DNA of 64,000 nucleotides from the human T2T-CHM13v2.0 reference genome, Homo sapiens, in the NCBI RefSeq assembly GCF_009914755.1, contig NC_060926.1. The stretch is one strand, 5' to 3'. The notes under the pieces are model-generated. The model ran no database searches, was not told where the DNA came from, and saw only the letters and a program-made list of their open reading frames with translations. Shown here in pieces: positions 61,469 through 64,000 of this stretch (position 1 is the stretch's first letter; each line of letters begins with the position of its first letter). The position numbers and the translations under genes are program-made.

Positions 61469-64000
61469 CTTGTTTGGCAGATAGTAGAAGCTTTCCATAC
61501 ACAACTTTTCTTCCTTAACCAGGCCCATAGCCAGGAAAAATAAAAAAAAGACGCTGAATTCACATTCGGTCAGGGAAGGGACTTTCTTGAATCTCTGTTT
61601 TTTTGGACACCATCTTCTATTGAAGAATCGTAGCTCACCTGACTCCTGTGGCTGTCGGTTGCAATTCTTAAACTTATTCTTGAGCCACAAATTGGCAGTT
61701 CTACCTGGGACACACCCATAGAAAATGATCAGTCTCCAGTAACTGAAAGTTATGGATTTGACCCCTACAGCCAAGGTGCAACTGTCCTCACTCCCATGCC
61801 CAGAGGTCTGTGGCTCCTGATCTCAAGTTTTAGCCCGGTTTCAAGACCTGTATGACCTGTGTCAACCCTATGTAGACAAACTTGACTTCCACTGCTCTTA
61901 ATCACACACCTATCTCCCTCATCTGCTCGGTTTCTCCTGTGAGCATCTTCAAAATAATTGATAATTATTTCTTTGGCAAGTCTGTCTGTCTGCCTCACCA
62001 GGTCAATTATCGAATCCTTCCTGAGCTTTCCTCTAACTCCCCTCTCTCCTGACTGTGAATGCTCCCGAGTTCAGCACTCAGTGCTCCCTTTGTGCTCTCT
62101 TTATTTCTTCAGTCTGTGTGTAATCTTGATAACCTTGGTAATGTCTTTATATAAGCCTCAGTCTCAAGTACTAATTTAAGGAATATAAACAGTTATTTCC
62201 CTCGACCCTTTGAAGTTATTGTGCCCTTAGCTTCTAACAGATGATATTGATGGTGAGAAATCGCCTGTCATTCTGAGTGTCTTTTCCTTATAGAAATGAC
62301 AATCTGGTTAGGGTCAATGACCTAGATGGATGGTACTCTTTTAGTCACCGTATACCAAAAAGATGCATGGTTTAGTTCTTATTTACACATGAAGAACAGG
62401 GTTTTTATTCTCTACCAAGCGTAACAAGCATTTGGCATCTGTTTCTTGGTTGGCATTAAAAATTGGACCAGATCATCTATATATGGTCCTGACTTCCCAT
62501 AGATACTTTGGCTCCAGACTCTCTCTCTACTGCTCATAAATTTTCACTCATGATTTTGGATATAAATTATATCTATAGACACAGATACTTTAAAATTTTA
62601 AAATGCATTTTATCATGTCTATGTGTTATAGATGGATGATTATATTTTACATGTACTTACAATTCCGTTTGTAATTTTCATTTTTTTAATTTTAAAAAGC
62701 AACATCCCTGAACCATTATTATTTTAATGTTTATTATTTCCTACTTATAAATGTGCTGAATGCTATTTATAAAAATTAAAACATTACTGAATTAGATTTT
62801 CTTAAAATGTTTCCTAGAAAACAAAGGACTTTTAATGACATTAAAATGGGATGCTATGATGCCAGCAATGATCATCCAACCAAATAATGCAAAGACATTT
62901 AAAGAGCAATTGTATATTAACAATTTTCTTCTATTTTTTTTCTCCAGTTTCTTTAATCAATCTGGTCACGTTTTGAGTTTGTTCTGATGGTCACTGATGC
63001 CTCCTCATATTCCATTATTCAGGCCAATTTTATAGCAATATTGACTGACAAATCACATGTTTTGATATGTTATTAATATTTACAGAGCACCCAACCCAGG
63101 TTTATCACTAATGTCACCTTGAGTAGAAAAATGATGCTCAAACATTATTTAAATTTATGGCAACAAGCAAAAGCAATTATTATTATTTTTATTTTAGAAA
63201 CTGATGCAAAGAGTTCATCTCAAATGGCTATCACATAGAATATTCATAACCCAGGATTGCAGTCAACTTTTCTTTGAAGAAATGGAATTCAGGAAAGCTA
63301 ATATCTATAACCACAGATAAAACAGGGGCCCTAACAGAGAAAACTTTACTTATTCTCATCTTGCTCTTCTGGAAATAAATTTTTATTCCCAATATTCTTG
63401 AAAGACTAAAGGAGAAAAACCTTGCTTGCTAAGTTGCACCAAACCTCAGGACACAGTGAGAGGAAGCTGGCCCTCTGTAGGAAGACAAGCCCCAGGAAGA
63501 GAGAATCACTTCTCAGTGGGCTGGGGCAGATATGGTTCAGTTGCTGCTATTTCCTTCACGATGATACAGACAGAAAGAAGGAAACAAAGCACAGCCCCTC
63601 TTTCTTCTTTCTTTCAAATAGAGCAGCATGTATGTCCAGAGTTTTTCAACTGAACGTTATAACACCTGAGTTTACAAATGTATATGTAGTTTACGACATT
63701 TAGTGAGCTCAGAAACTCTGAACTCTTTTCTGGGGAGTGGCTGAGTATTAGAAAAGAATTGAGGTCAGTATCTGATTTAAGTCACTGTTCATCAAATTTT
63801 TAAGAAAAGCCTGATCCTGAAGAACACGTTTGATTAAACACATGACAGTGGAACATAAGTTGGAAAATAGGAAATGTTTTGAACAATCCGGGGAAAGTGG
63901 CCATTACAACTAGCAGCATGAGCTTTCCTCTTGATGTCCTGAAGCTATGTGCCCATTTAATCCCATGTGCATGCTTGACTCTAAAGATGTTGCCTCATCA

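Noticed and set aside
61427-61774. 115 aa minus-strand ORF
   Set aside because: No recognisable homology, it runs into a MIR, and there is no exon support.

Overview
AT-rich, CpG-depleted primate (probably human or ape) genomic DNA that looks intergenic or deep-intronic. I can support no protein-coding exon, RNA gene or CpG island. The ORFs I can recognise are decayed retroelement ORFs (THE1-int, ERVL, L1 ORF1/ORF2) or chance Alu read-throughs. Much of the window is interspersed repeats: a complete THE1B-like MaLR provirus nested in an MLT1 LTR, a ~5.5 kb L1PB nested in an older L1M, several L1MA/L1PA 3' fragments, eight Alus, solo MaLR LTRs, an ERVL remnant, DNA-transposon MITEs (MADE1, MER20, MER5A, MER58A, MER81), MIR/L2 fossils and microsatellites. 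The most unusual structure is a ~350 bp stretch that I do not recognise as a repeat (50093-50440). It is copied ~3.5 kb downstream 1.5 times (53565-53912, 53940-54115), with reiterated and inverted junction sequences that look like a templated-insertion repair scar. Other notable features are a 5'-inverted AluY, a twin-primed L1PA, a MADE1 whose empty site survives in the adjacent tandem copy, a target site apparently hit twice, two candidate L1 3' transductions and three DUX4 consensus motifs in THE1 LTRs. I found no new biological system. Subfamily names come from recalled consensus sequences and need RepeatMasker/Dfam confirmation.
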